Below, piece by piece: positions 9,501 to 16,669 of a stretch of 64,000 bases of DNA. Made by a program: the position numbers and the translations under genes. Below the pieces are notes generated by a model. It was not told the origin of the DNA, searched no databases, and saw nothing but the letters and a program-made list of their open reading frames with translations. Source of the DNA: an uncultured Actinomycetes bacterium (GTDB lineage: Bacteria > Chloroflexota > Dormibacteria > Dormibacterales > Dormibacteraceae); contig CAZXGB010000001.1 in assembly GCA_964640005.1 (NCBI GenBank), positions 103,456-167,455 on the forward strand, read 5' to 3'. Numbering within the stretch: the stretch's first letter is position 1; each line of letters starts with the position of its first letter.

Positions 9501-12500
9501 GTGACGGTCCGTGTGGTCGAGGCCGAGTATCCGCCCGAGTCCGTGACCGTGACGCGGACCGTGAACACGCCGCCTGCCGTGTACGCGTGCGAGGCTGTCG
9601 CGGCGGCCTGGGGACCCACGGCGGCGCTTCCGTCACCGAAGTCGAACTTGTAAGAGGCGACCGGGTTCGTGCCGGCCGACGAAGCCGAGGCATCGGCGGC
9701 GACGGTGAGGGGCGCTCCGCCGGAGCTGGGCGACACGGACAGCGCGGCCGTGGGCGGAGCTGCCGCGCTGACGGTCTTGCCGGCCGTCGCGGTGGCCGAG
9801 GACGTGTCGGCGACGGTCACGGTGACCACGAACGTTCCGGCTGCGCTGTAGACATGGGACGCGGTCGGCGAAGCCTGTGGTCCGACCGCGGCACTTCCGT
9901 CGCCGAAGGAGAACGTGTAGGACGCGATGGGGTTGGAGCCGGGCGTGGAGGCCGACGCGTCGGCGGTGACCTGCAACGGCGTCGCCCCCGAGGAGGGTGA
10001 GACCGAGAGCGTGGCGGTGGGCGGAGCGGTTGCCACCACCGATGTGGAGGCCTTAGAGCTGATTCCCGAGCTGTCCGCGACCGTCACCGTGACGGTGAAG
10101 TTGCCGCCGGCCGTGTACGTGTGAGATGCGGTTGAGGCCGCCTGCGGGCCCACCTTCGTACCGTCACCGAAGTCGAACGTGTAGGACGAGATCGGGTTTG
10201 TTCCGGCCGTCGAGCCAGAGGCGTCCGCGGTGACGGCCAGCGGGGCCGGTCCGCTCGAAGGGCTCACCTTCAGGGAGGCGGCCGGCGGCACCGTGACGGT
10301 GACCGTGGCCGAGGCCGAGGCGGTGGCGCCCGCCGAGTCGGCCGCGCTGACCGTGACGGTGTACGGGCCGCTGATCGTGTACACGTGGGTCGCGGTCGCT
10401 GCGGCCTGCGGACCGACGATCGTGCCGTCGCCGAAATTGAACGTGTACGAGGAGATGCCGATCGGGTCAGTGGACGTCGAAGCGTCTGCCGTCACGTTCA
10501 GAGGAGCGCCGCCGGATGACGGAGTGACGGTGAGCCTCGCGACGGGCGCGCCGACCGACACGGTTCGGGTGGCGCTCGAGGTCGCTCCAGCGCCGTCGGT
10601 GACCGTCACCTTGATCGTGAAGGTGCCTCCGGCCGAGTACACATGGCTTGCCGTCGCCGCCGGCTGCGGTCCTGTGACGGGGCTGCCGTCGCCGAAATCG
10701 AAGGTGTAGCCGGTCACCGGAATGGAGTCGGTCGAGCCGGAAGCGTCGGCCGTCACGGTCAGCGGGGCGGCGCCGCTCGACGGCGAGACGGTCAGCGCCG
10801 CCTGGGGCGCCCCGACCGTCACGGTCGCGGAAGCGCTGGCCGTGGCGCCCGACCCGTCCGTGATCGTGACGACGACCGTGTACGCGCCTCCGGTGGCGTA
10901 GCGATGGGTGGCCGTGGAGCCGGCCTGCGGGCCTACGGCGGCAGTGCCGTCGCCGAAGTTGAACGTGTACCCGGTGATCGGCAGCGCGTCCGTCGAGCCT
11001 GACGCGTTGGCCGTGACGGACAGCGGTGCGGCGCCGGCCGCGGGGCTGACCGTGAGGGCGGCGCTCGGCGAGCCGACCGTGACGGGCTTGCTGGTCGACG
11101 CCGAGTAGCCGGCCGAGTCGGTGACAGTCACCTTCAGGGTGTAGGTACCTCCGGCGGCATAGGAATGAGTGGTGGTGGCGCCGGCCTGCGGGCCGGCTGA
11201 CGTCCCGTCGCCAAATGCGAATGTGTAGCTGCTGATGGGATTCGACCCCGCGGTCGAGGCGGACGCGTCGGCCGTCACCGAGAGAGGCGCCGGTCCGGCG
11301 GCCGGCGTGACCGTCAGCGCGGGGTTCGGCGGCGCCTGCGTCACCACTGTGGCCGTCGCGCTGGAGCTCGCTCCGGCACCGTCCGTCGCGGTCACGGTGA
11401 CGGTGTACGTACCCGCTGTGACGTAGGTGTGAGAAGCGCTGCTGCCGGACTGCGGGCCGACCTTCGCCGACCCGTCGCCGAATGTGAACGAATAACCGGT
11501 GATTCCGATCGGATCGGTCGACTTCGACGCGTCGGCCGTGACGAAGAGTGGCGTCGCGCCGCCGCTGGGAGTGACGGTCAGCGAGGCGACCGGCGCGCCG
11601 ACGGCCACCGGGGCGGTCGCCGTGGAGGTGGCGTTCGCGCTGTCGGCGATGGTCACCTGCACGGTGTAGCTGCCGCCCGCGCTGTAGGTGTGCGTGGCTA
11701 CGGCGCCCGTCTGCGGTCCCACCGTCGTGCCGTCACCGAAGTTGAAGGTGAAGGAGGTGATCCCGATGGGGTCTGTCGAGCTGGACGCATCCGCGGTCAC
11801 GGCCAGCGGGGCCGCGCCGGACGCCGGGGTGACCGTGAGGCCGGCTTTGGGGGCTGCGGTCGGCGCCGCCTTGAACACCGCCACGATGGCGCCGTAGTAC
11901 GTGCTGGCGGTCGACTTCATCGTGATCGTCTGGCCCGCGCTCGACGTCGAGAGCGCGTCTTCGATTCCGTTGGCCTCGACGTAGGCCACGGTCGCCTGCA
12001 CGCGCATCGTGAAACCGGTGCCGGCGGTGAACTGGGTCGCCGATGAGGAAGGCCCCGGATCGCCGCCGATGCCGACCACCAGCTCGCCGGCGCCGCCTAT
12101 AGCGGTGGTTGGGCCGGCGGTCGGAGAGCTCCCGCTGCTGGCCCTGGTGGCGAACTGGTCGACGGCCACGCCTTGCTGCACGCCGCTGTACTCGGCGATG
12201 TCGAACGCGGCCTGGCTGCCGGCGAACGTGACGTAGTCGATCCCGGCGGCCGTCCCGGCGAAGTAGTACAGCTCGACGTGGCCGTTGCCGTACCGCAGCG
12301 ACGTCACCTTCGTCCACGCGCCGTTCAGGGTGTCCGAAACGCCCGTGATCGGATCCGTCCCGCCGTCGTTCGTCGTGATCCCTGCGACGAGCAGGTCACC
12401 CGCGGCGACCGCGGAGGCGAAGGCGAACTTGGTCTTCGTCGTGGAGCCGGTGGACTGCACGAACGAGGGCCCGGCCGACGCGGCGGCGGGAATGTGCTGG

Positions 12501-12655
12501 CCCTGGACCATGAGCGTGCTGAGGAGGACGGCCACGCCGGCAAAGGCGAGGCGTCGAATCCACCTGAACGCCGGCCCCGGGTGCGATATCGCATCCTGCG
12601 GAGCCGAACGCGGCCTGCCTACGGCACGGATCCAGGAGCGGACGTCATCGACCAC
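6503..12655 (-). CDS. Giant secreted surface protein (2050 aa): N-terminal unknown beta domain, 14 tandem PKD domains, then two LamG-like modules each followed by a CarboxypepD_reg-like domain
   Basis: Signal-like [17 protein letters not shown]...AAASA. There are 14 repeats of about 87 aa with the pattern [65 protein letters not shown]. The C-terminal part has two DTFxRxNQSxWGTASxGxxW...[10 protein letters not shown] modules and two ITGTVTD...SGSYT..L..G.YTV units. GTG start at 12655. Confidence 0.9.
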   Translation of the reverse strand: MVDDVRSWIRAVGRPRSAPQDAISHPGPAFRWIRRLAFAGVAVLLSTLMVQGQHIPAAASAGPSFVQSTGSTTKTKFAFASAVAAGDLLVAGITTNDGGTDPITGVSDTLNGAWTKVTSLRYGNGHVELYYFAGTAAGIDYVTFAGSQAAFDIAEYSGVQQGVAVDQFATRASSGSSPTAGPTTAIGGAGELVVGIGGDPGPSSSATQFTAGTGFTMRVQATVAYVEANGIEDALSTSSAGQTITMKSTASTYYGAIVAVFKAAPTAAPKAGLTVTPASGAAPLAVTADASSSTDPIGITSFTFNFGDGTTVGPQTGAVATHTYSAGGSYTVQVTIADSANATSTATAPVAVGAPVASLTVTPSGGATPLFVTADASKSTDPIGITGYSFTFGDGSAKVGPQSGSSASHTYVTAGTYTVTVTATDGAGASSSATATVVTQAPPNPALTVTPAAGPAPLSVTADASASTAGSNPISSYTFAFGDGTSAGPQAGATTTHSYAAGGTYTLKVTVTDSAGYSASTSKPVTVGSPSAALTVSPAAGAAPLSVTANASGSTDALPITGYTFNFGDGTAAVGPQAGSTATHRYATGGAYTVVVTITDGSGATASASATVTVGAPQAALTVSPSSGAAPLTVTADASGSTDSIPVTGYTFDFGDGSPVTGPQPAATASHVYSAGGTFTIKVTVTDGAGATSSATRTVSVGAPVARLTVTPSSGGAPLNVTADASTSTDPIGISSYTFNFGDGTIVGPQAAATATHVYTISGPYTVTVSAADSAGATASASATVTVTVPPAASLKVSPSSGPAPLAVTADASGSTAGTNPISSYTFDFGDGTKVGPQAASTASHTYTAGGNFTVTVTVADSSGISSKASTSVVATAPPTATLSVSPSSGATPLQVTADASASTPGSNPIASYTFSFGDGSAAVGPQASPTASHVYSAAGTFVVTVTVADTSSATATAGKTVSAAAPPTAALSVSPSSGGAPLTVAADASASSAGTNPVASYKFDFGDGSAAVGPQAAATASHAYTAGGVFTVRVTVTDSGGYSASTTRTVTVGAPSAKLSVTPSVGAVPLAVTADASASTDPIGLTTYTFNFGDGTVLGPQAGSAAAHTYTSAGAYFVTVTATDSVGATSSATVQISAVNPPKAALSLSKNLGAVPLAVTADASASTPGTNPITGYTFDFGDGTTLGPQTAATATHTYSSAGSYTVKVTVTDTQGVSSNASATVQAVTPPSARLTVTPPSGGVPLSVTADASGSAPGTYPIASYTFSFGDGSLPEPPTSTPSYGHVYSSVGTYTASVIVTDTAGVSSSASATVTVVNPPNAVLNATPNSGAAPLAVTADASGSSDPVGIASYTFNFGDGSPVIGPQAAAKATHSYSTAGNFTLTVTVLDNASAGSTATAAIDVLAPPTASLMESPISGYAPLTVTADGTGSAGGSFAISSYTFNFGDGTAVVGPQSAATTSHVYASPGKFTATLTVTDTQGNTGTATASVTVSSGILVQDTFVRANQSTWGTASNGMVWSPSSSAMSIASNEGVISNTASSLFGTLGSGTTVDGNGLVRFSLASTSDTAGIALRMQSNGNVYLGRYDGAGHLQFEYRIGTSWTHVSLVNFTPAANTFYWMRFQVQATNVSLKAWQYGTAEPAGWAWTGSVSGISSAGLMGLYAYAASGTPVQFDNFSVSAVGNPVPNSTITGTVTDATTTLPVAGVQVSTLPLTTTAVTSSSGSYTLNLPAGNFTVVFTGSSAGYNANFVNNVQAPINGTVSANQALTPIPLQVAMDAYTRPNQSNGFGTASDGHVWSSDLGVYPGAQAGITNSQAWVDAQASSQTDFDTWMGYQYVNQVVTVDLDMSTILVDPVYQHGARLLARVQNSTTWVLMSINPTAQDLELWVAVNNNWTELVAISQPVATNVWYHAKLATIGSLVEGKIWQFGTAEPGWQITATQKLLTGGGQGGLRTTGAYAQYANFQQVPVTQISGIVTSQSTSAPIVNATVTLSNGATTTTDGSGSYTFTNLFGGSSYTVTASAPGETSASVQVVPATGTTAPANIVLSP
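8170..11845 (-). repeat. Coding tandem array of 14 PKD-domain repeats (period about 260-270 bp)
   Basis: Boundaries come from residue counting (about residue 271 to 1495). The recurrent DNA motif gtcrccgaagttgaaggtgta is the reverse complement of the YTFNFGDG coding block. Confidence 0.85.
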
Positions 12656-12766
12656 GGTCCGAAACAGGGTGGCGCAGAAGCCCGCCGACTTCCATAGGCC
12701 GATACCCCACCGCCCCGGGACAATGTGGAGCCCTGGTCGTTCGGCGACCCAACGGTCCGCAGGGGA

Positions 12767-13465
12767 TCAGGCGTCGGTCAGCCCCATGCGCGCCGCCCAG
12801 AGGACGGCTTCGGTCCTTCCGTGCAGCTCGAGCTTCCGGTAGATCTTCGCCAGATGGTTGCGGACGGTCTTGTGGCTGATGCCTCGGCTCGCCGCGATCG
12901 TCGGTATCGATTGCGCCTGACCGATCATGGCCAGGATCGCGAGCTCGGTGGGGGACAGCTGGCCGGCGTTCGCCGGCACCGCCGCCGGCGAGGCGGCCGG
13001 CCGTTCCAGCAGCTCCAGCAGCACCTCCGCCGCGATTGCCCGGTGGCCCGCCAGGACCGCCTTGACGCCGACCAGGAACGCGTTCAGCGCGGAGCTCTTC
13101 GAGAACGCGCCGGCGGCGTTCAGGCCGACCGCCGACACGAGCTTGCGCTCTTCACCTTCTTCGCCGAGGAGAACGACAGGGACTCGGACCCCCTCCGCTT
13201 GCAGCGTGCGCACGAGGTCCACGCCCGACAGCGGCTCCGCGGAGATCTCGCAGAAAAGGATGTCCAGCGGTCGGGTTCGCACCAGCTCGAGCGCCACGTC
13301 CGAGCGCGTGGCCGAGATGACCTCGGCGCAGATCGGCGGCGCCTCCAGCAGTGAGGCGAGCGCGGCCAGGAAGAGCGGCTGGCGGTCGACGATCAGGGCG
13401 TTGACCGTCGGCGGCGCGTGATCTTCGATCCCCGGACCGGATGTGGACGCAGGAACCACGATCAC
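12767..13465 (-). CDS. Atypical NarL/LuxR-family response regulator (degenerate receiver + LuxR HTH)
   Basis: The C-terminal HTH reads LSPTELAILAMIGQAQSIPTIAASRGISHKTVRNHLAKIYRKLELHGRTEA. The receiver-like N-terminus has DR instead of DD (ALIVDRQ), Glu in place of the phospho-acceptor Asp (LDILFCEIS) and Gly at the Thr/Ser position (VVLLGEE). GTG 13465 is chosen as the start, but the ORF is open to 13639. Confidence 0.8.
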   Translation of the reverse strand: MIVVPASTSGPGIEDHAPPTVNALIVDRQPLFLAALASLLEAPPICAEVISATRSDVALELVRTRPLDILFCEISAEPLSGVDLVRTLQAEGVRVPVVLLGEEGEERKLVSAVGLNAAGAFSKSSALNAFLVGVKAVLAGHRAIAAEVLLELLERPAASPAAVPANAGQLSPTELAILAMIGQAQSIPTIAASRGISHKTVRNHLAKIYRKLELHGRTEAVLWAARMGLTDA

Positions 13466-13853
13466 GTCCGAACTGTATGGTCCGATCGGAGCGGACCGTA
13501 ATGGGATCGTAGTACTAGGCTCAAGACACGGCGTCAAATCGATTCGGGACCGACCGGCTCCGCGGAAGACCACGCCATGAGGCGGCACCCCGGCTGTGGG
13601 ACCTGTCCCGGTAGCAATGAGGACTGCCTTGGAAATCACAAGGTTTTAGGGCGGTGATTGGGTCCAAACCGGCGGCGTGCGGAGTAAAGGGTCCCGAACT
13701 TACGGAGGGGCGACCCGGGGGCCGGGCCCGGCGGAACACCGCTTTAGCGGCTCCGCGGTCCCGTTCGGGTCAGGCGACCGCTCGCGGCCGCTGCTCCCGG
13801 GGCGGGACATTTGTCTCATTTGAATCGGCCAGGCGACGTGCCATCCTCTCGCC

Positions 13854-14231
13854 ATGGAGTTGGGGGAACGGATGGTCGCCGGCGTGCGCGAATCGAGAAG
13901 CCAGCGACTCTTCTACTCTGTGTTCCTACCGCTCGGAGTGGTGGCGAATTTTGGTCTCGGGCTGGTCATCCTGGCTGGGCTGAACCCCTCCAGATGGTCG
14001 GACTGGCTCCAGGTGGCGACCGGCGCGCTCTGCTGCGCGATCGCCGGCTGGCTTGCCGCCGCCGCATGGTCGAAGTTCTACTGGCACCGTAGCATGGCCC
14101 GGCAGGTCGCCGTTTGGCGGCGGATCGCGGACGCGTTCTTCGTCTGGGTCGAGGAGGCTCCGGTGCCGGCCGAGTCGCTGAAATCCCTCAAGTCAAACCT
14201 CGAGGAGGCGGTTCCCGGCGCGCGGCGTTAG
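13854..14231 (+). CDS. Small hypothetical membrane protein (2 predicted TM helices)
   Basis: 125-aa ORF with two hydrophobic segments (LFYSVFLPLGVVANFGLGLVILAGL and VATGALCCAIAGWLAAAAW). There is no recognisable SD, so the start is uncertain (ATG 13872 is an alternative). Confidence 0.45.
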   Translation: MELGERMVAGVRESRSQRLFYSVFLPLGVVANFGLGLVILAGLNPSRWSDWLQVATGALCCAIAGWLAAAAWSKFYWHRSMARQVAVWRRIADAFFVWVEEAPVPAESLKSLKSNLEEAVPGARR

Positions 14232-14371
14232 CTGAGACCGACGGGCCGCGCCGGCGCGTTACGTCTTGACGATGCCTCAAACAGCAAGCGGCGGGCCCGG
14301 CGGCATGGCGGCGTTGTATCGTTCGCGCCAACAGGTGCGACGCGGATCGCGCTGAACCGGAGGGGTTTGGG

Positions 14372-15022
14372 CTGATTCGGCTTGGGATCGTCGACGACCA
14401 CCCAGTCTTCAGGCTGGGTTTGATCCGCGCACTGGAGCGCGAGACCGACCTTTCCGTGCTCTGGGAGCTTCCCGGGGTGGACGACCTCTTCTCCATGATC
14501 GAGAACTTCCCGGTGGACGTGATCCTCATGGATCTGAGCCTGGGTCCCGGCCAGGATGCGCTCGCCGCGATCTCCCGCATCCGCGAGTCCCAGGACCTGA
14601 TCAAGGTGATCGTGGTCTCGGCCTCGCTGGACTGGGAGGCCGCCTCCGCCGCCCGGGCCGCGGGCGCGAGCGGATACCTGCCGAAGGACCTCTCGATCGC
14701 GGACATGGTGGCCACGATTCGGGGCCTCTCGTCACCGAACTTCGGGCGTTTCGGTTTTCGGGATCTGCTGGAGGCGAGGGCCCGGACGAACGGGGCCGCA
14801 CAGAGGTGGCAGGCGGGCCTCAGCCGCCGCGAGCTCCAGGTGCTCGCCGAGCTGCGCCGGGGACGCTCGAACAAGGAGATCGCCGCTCGGCTCGGCGTCT
14901 CCGTCACCACCATCAACAAGCACGTCCAGAACGTGTTGAAGAAGCTGAACGTGAGAACCCGGTCGCAGGCGGTTGCCATGGTCACGGCCGAACCCTGGGC
15001 GCAGGCGGCCGGCCGGCGCTAG
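14372..15022 (+). CDS. NarL/LuxR-family response regulator, probable non-canonical CTG start
   Basis: Canonical receiver (GIVDDHP, DVILMDLSLGPG, VIVVSAS, GYLPKD) plus HTH (LSRRELQVLAELRRGRSNKEIAARLGVSVTTINKHV). The DD pocket is encoded upstream of the first ATG/GTG/TTG (TTG 14420). This frame is open only from 14270. GGAGGGG at 14359-14365 lies 6 nt upstream of CTG 14372. Confidence 0.8.
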   Translation: MIRLGIVDDHPVFRLGLIRALERETDLSVLWELPGVDDLFSMIENFPVDVILMDLSLGPGQDALAAISRIRESQDLIKVIVVSASLDWEAASAARAAGASGYLPKDLSIADMVATIRGLSSPNFGRFGFRDLLEARARTNGAAQRWQAGLSRRELQVLAELRRGRSNKEIAARLGVSVTTINKHVQNVLKKLNVRTRSQAVAMVTAEPWAQAAGRR

Positions 15023-15092
15023 CCCGGCGCCCTCCACAGTCGCCGCTTAACGTCGATCTTCACCAATCGCAAAAGATGGTCATTTCGCACCA

Positions 15093-15121
15093 TTGACCCG
15101 CGCCGTCTGGGCAGTTAGCCT
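15093..15121 (+). promoter_or_regulatory. Candidate sigma70-type promoter for the kinase/regulator operon
   Basis: TTGACC (15093-15098), 17-bp spacer, TAGCCT (15116-15121), in a lower-GC intergenic stretch upstream of 15251. Confidence 0.3.
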
Positions 15122-15250
15122 CATATCCGACACGAGAAATCAGGGCAAAGGGAGGGAGGTTGCCCTGGTAAAAGCAAGGCCTGTCCCGTGGGCGTTGCTC
15201 CGTGCGGGTTCTCCCATCGGAATTCCGCCAACTATTGGGAGGAGCAAGGG

Positions 15251-15955
15251 GTGGCTACGCAGCTTGGGGTCGTCAGTCCTCTGGAGCTGACGACAGAGAC
15301 CCAGGCTGCGGGGGTTGAGGATGAGGTGAAGCGGCTCCTCGCCAGGGAGCTGCATGACCGCGTAGCTCAGACCCTGACCGGGCTGCTCGTCGACGTCGAG
15401 AACTTCAAGTCAGAGCAGGTGGGGTGGTCGGATGTCGTTCGGGAGCTCGACCAGATCCAGGGTGCCACGCGCCAGGTGCTGGCCAGCATTCGCCAGCTGC
15501 TCCACGACCTGCGTGGAGAATCGGTGCTCGAAGGATCCTTCGTCGACGAGGTGAGGGCCCTGGCCGGGCGGTCGCGCGACAAGACCGGCATCAAGGCGAC
15601 CGTGGAGGTCGCGCACTCCTGGCCCGACCACCTGTCGCAAAACGCCTCGCTGAACCTGTACCGGATCGTCGAGGAGGCCCTCGCCAACGTCCGCATGCAC
15701 AGCGGCGCCGAGAGCGTCCGCATCGCGTTGAGGGTGCGCTCGACGACGGAGCTCGAGGTTGCGATATCCGACGACGGTCGAGGCGTCGACACGGACCCCG
15801 ACCGCCCGGTCGGCCTCGGCACGATCGGGATGCGGGAGCGCGCACTGCTCCTCGGCGGCAACGTCGCCGTCGAGAGCCAGAACGGGCGGGGCACCACGGT
15901 GCGCGCGATCTTTCCCAGGGAATCGGTGATGGAGCTCGGACGATCCGCGGATTAA
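15251..15955 (+). CDS. Soluble (sensor-less) histidine kinase, HisKA_3 + HATPase_c
   Basis: H-box LARELHDRVAQTL, N-box LYRIVEEALANVRMHS, G-boxes DDGRGV and GLGTIGMRERA. No TM segment or sensor domain. GTG 15251 is preceded by GGGAGGAG (15237-15244). The ORF is open from 15188. Confidence 0.85.
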   Translation: MATQLGVVSPLELTTETQAAGVEDEVKRLLARELHDRVAQTLTGLLVDVENFKSEQVGWSDVVRELDQIQGATRQVLASIRQLLHDLRGESVLEGSFVDEVRALAGRSRDKTGIKATVEVAHSWPDHLSQNASLNLYRIVEEALANVRMHSGAESVRIALRVRSTTELEVAISDDGRGVDTDPDRPVGLGTIGMRERALLLGGNVAVESQNGRGTTVRAIFPRESVMELGRSAD

Positions 15956-15966
15956 AGGAGGAGTTT

Positions 15967-16623
15967 GTGAGCGTAGCAGTCAGGGGTGCACGGGTTCTGG
16001 TGGTCGACGATCAGACGCTGTTCCGGACAGGCTTGACCAGCCTGCTCGCGCAAGACGAGCGGGTCGACGTCGTCGGCCAAGCGGTTGACGGGCTGGACGC
16101 GGTCAAGCAGGCCATCAAGCTGAAGCCAGACGTCGTCCTGATGGACATCAAGATGCCGAACCTCGACGGCATCGAGGCCACGCGCCAGATCGTCGAGGCG
16201 GCGCCCGACGTCAAGGTCCTCATGCTGACCACCTTCGAGACCGACAGCCAGGTGATACAGGCGCTCAAGGCGGGAGCGAGCGGCTATGTGCTGAAGGACT
16301 CGTCGGCCGCGGCGATCGTGAGCAGCATCGCGGCCGTGCTGTCCGGCGAGCGTGTGATGGCGAGCGTCGTCGCCAATCGCGTGTTGGAGATGCTCACGGG
16401 CACGACAACTCCCAAGGAGTTCTACGACGGACTCACGAACCGGGAGATCGAGATCCTCAAGCTGCTCGCGAACGGGATGGCGAACAAGCAAATCGCCTTC
16501 CGCCTGAAGATCAGCGAGAAGACGGTCCGCAACCACGTCAGCAACACGTACGAGAAGCTCGGTATCTACGACCGGTCGCAGGCGGTGCTCTACGCCGTCA
16601 AGAAGGGTCTGGTAGAGGTCTGA
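15967..16623 (+). CDS. NarL/LuxR-family response regulator (canonical)
   Basis: VLVVDDQTLF, DVVLMDIKMPNLDG, VLMLTTF, GYVLKD and HTH LTNREIEILKLLANGMANKQIAFRLKISEKTVRNHV. GTG 15967 follows AAAGGAGGAG (15954-15963). Confidence 0.9.
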   Translation: MSVAVRGARVLVVDDQTLFRTGLTSLLAQDERVDVVGQAVDGLDAVKQAIKLKPDVVLMDIKMPNLDGIEATRQIVEAAPDVKVLMLTTFETDSQVIQALKAGASGYVLKDSSAAAIVSSIAAVLSGERVMASVVANRVLEMLTGTTTPKEFYDGLTNREIEILKLLANGMANKQIAFRLKISEKTVRNHVSNTYEKLGIYDRSQAVLYAVKKGLVEV

Positions 16624-16627
16624 GCCC

Positions 16628-16657
16628 GGCGGCGCGAGGCTCTCGGCCTCCGCCGCC
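16628..16657. terminator. GC-rich hairpin between convergent genes (possible bidirectional terminator)
   Basis: ggcggcgcgaggc / tctcg / gcctccgccgcc forms a 7+5 bp stem with a one-base bulge. It lies between the stop at 16623 (+) and the stop at 16670 (-). There is no U-tract. Confidence 0.45.
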
Positions 16658-16669
16658 AGGTCGATCTCC

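Noticed and set aside
8170-11845. Regular ~260-270-bp periodicity that could suggest a satellite or CRISPR-like array.
   Set aside because: The period is far too long for CRISPR and there are no identical short repeats. The whole region is one open frame encoding PKD domains.
13466-13639. A longer version of the atypical LuxR regulator, starting at 13639.
   Set aside because: The extra 58 residues have no receiver features and the receiver beta1 strand begins just after GTG 13465. The longer form cannot be excluded without experimental data.
13626-13735. Possible structured RNA in the 390-bp intergenic region upstream of the small membrane protein gene. It has a small hairpin ccttg-N7-caagg plus TTTT (13627-13647), and UAGGG / GGUCC / ACGGAGGGG...CCCGGGGG strings loosely reminiscent of the guanidine-I (ykkC) riboswitch.
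   Set aside because: The conserved ykkC cores (CUAGGGUUCCG, GGUCCGAGAG) are not matched. Such G-rich strings occur by chance in this composition. The downstream protein is not an SMR/Gdx-type exporter. Only a cmsearch with Rfam RF00442 could revive this idea.
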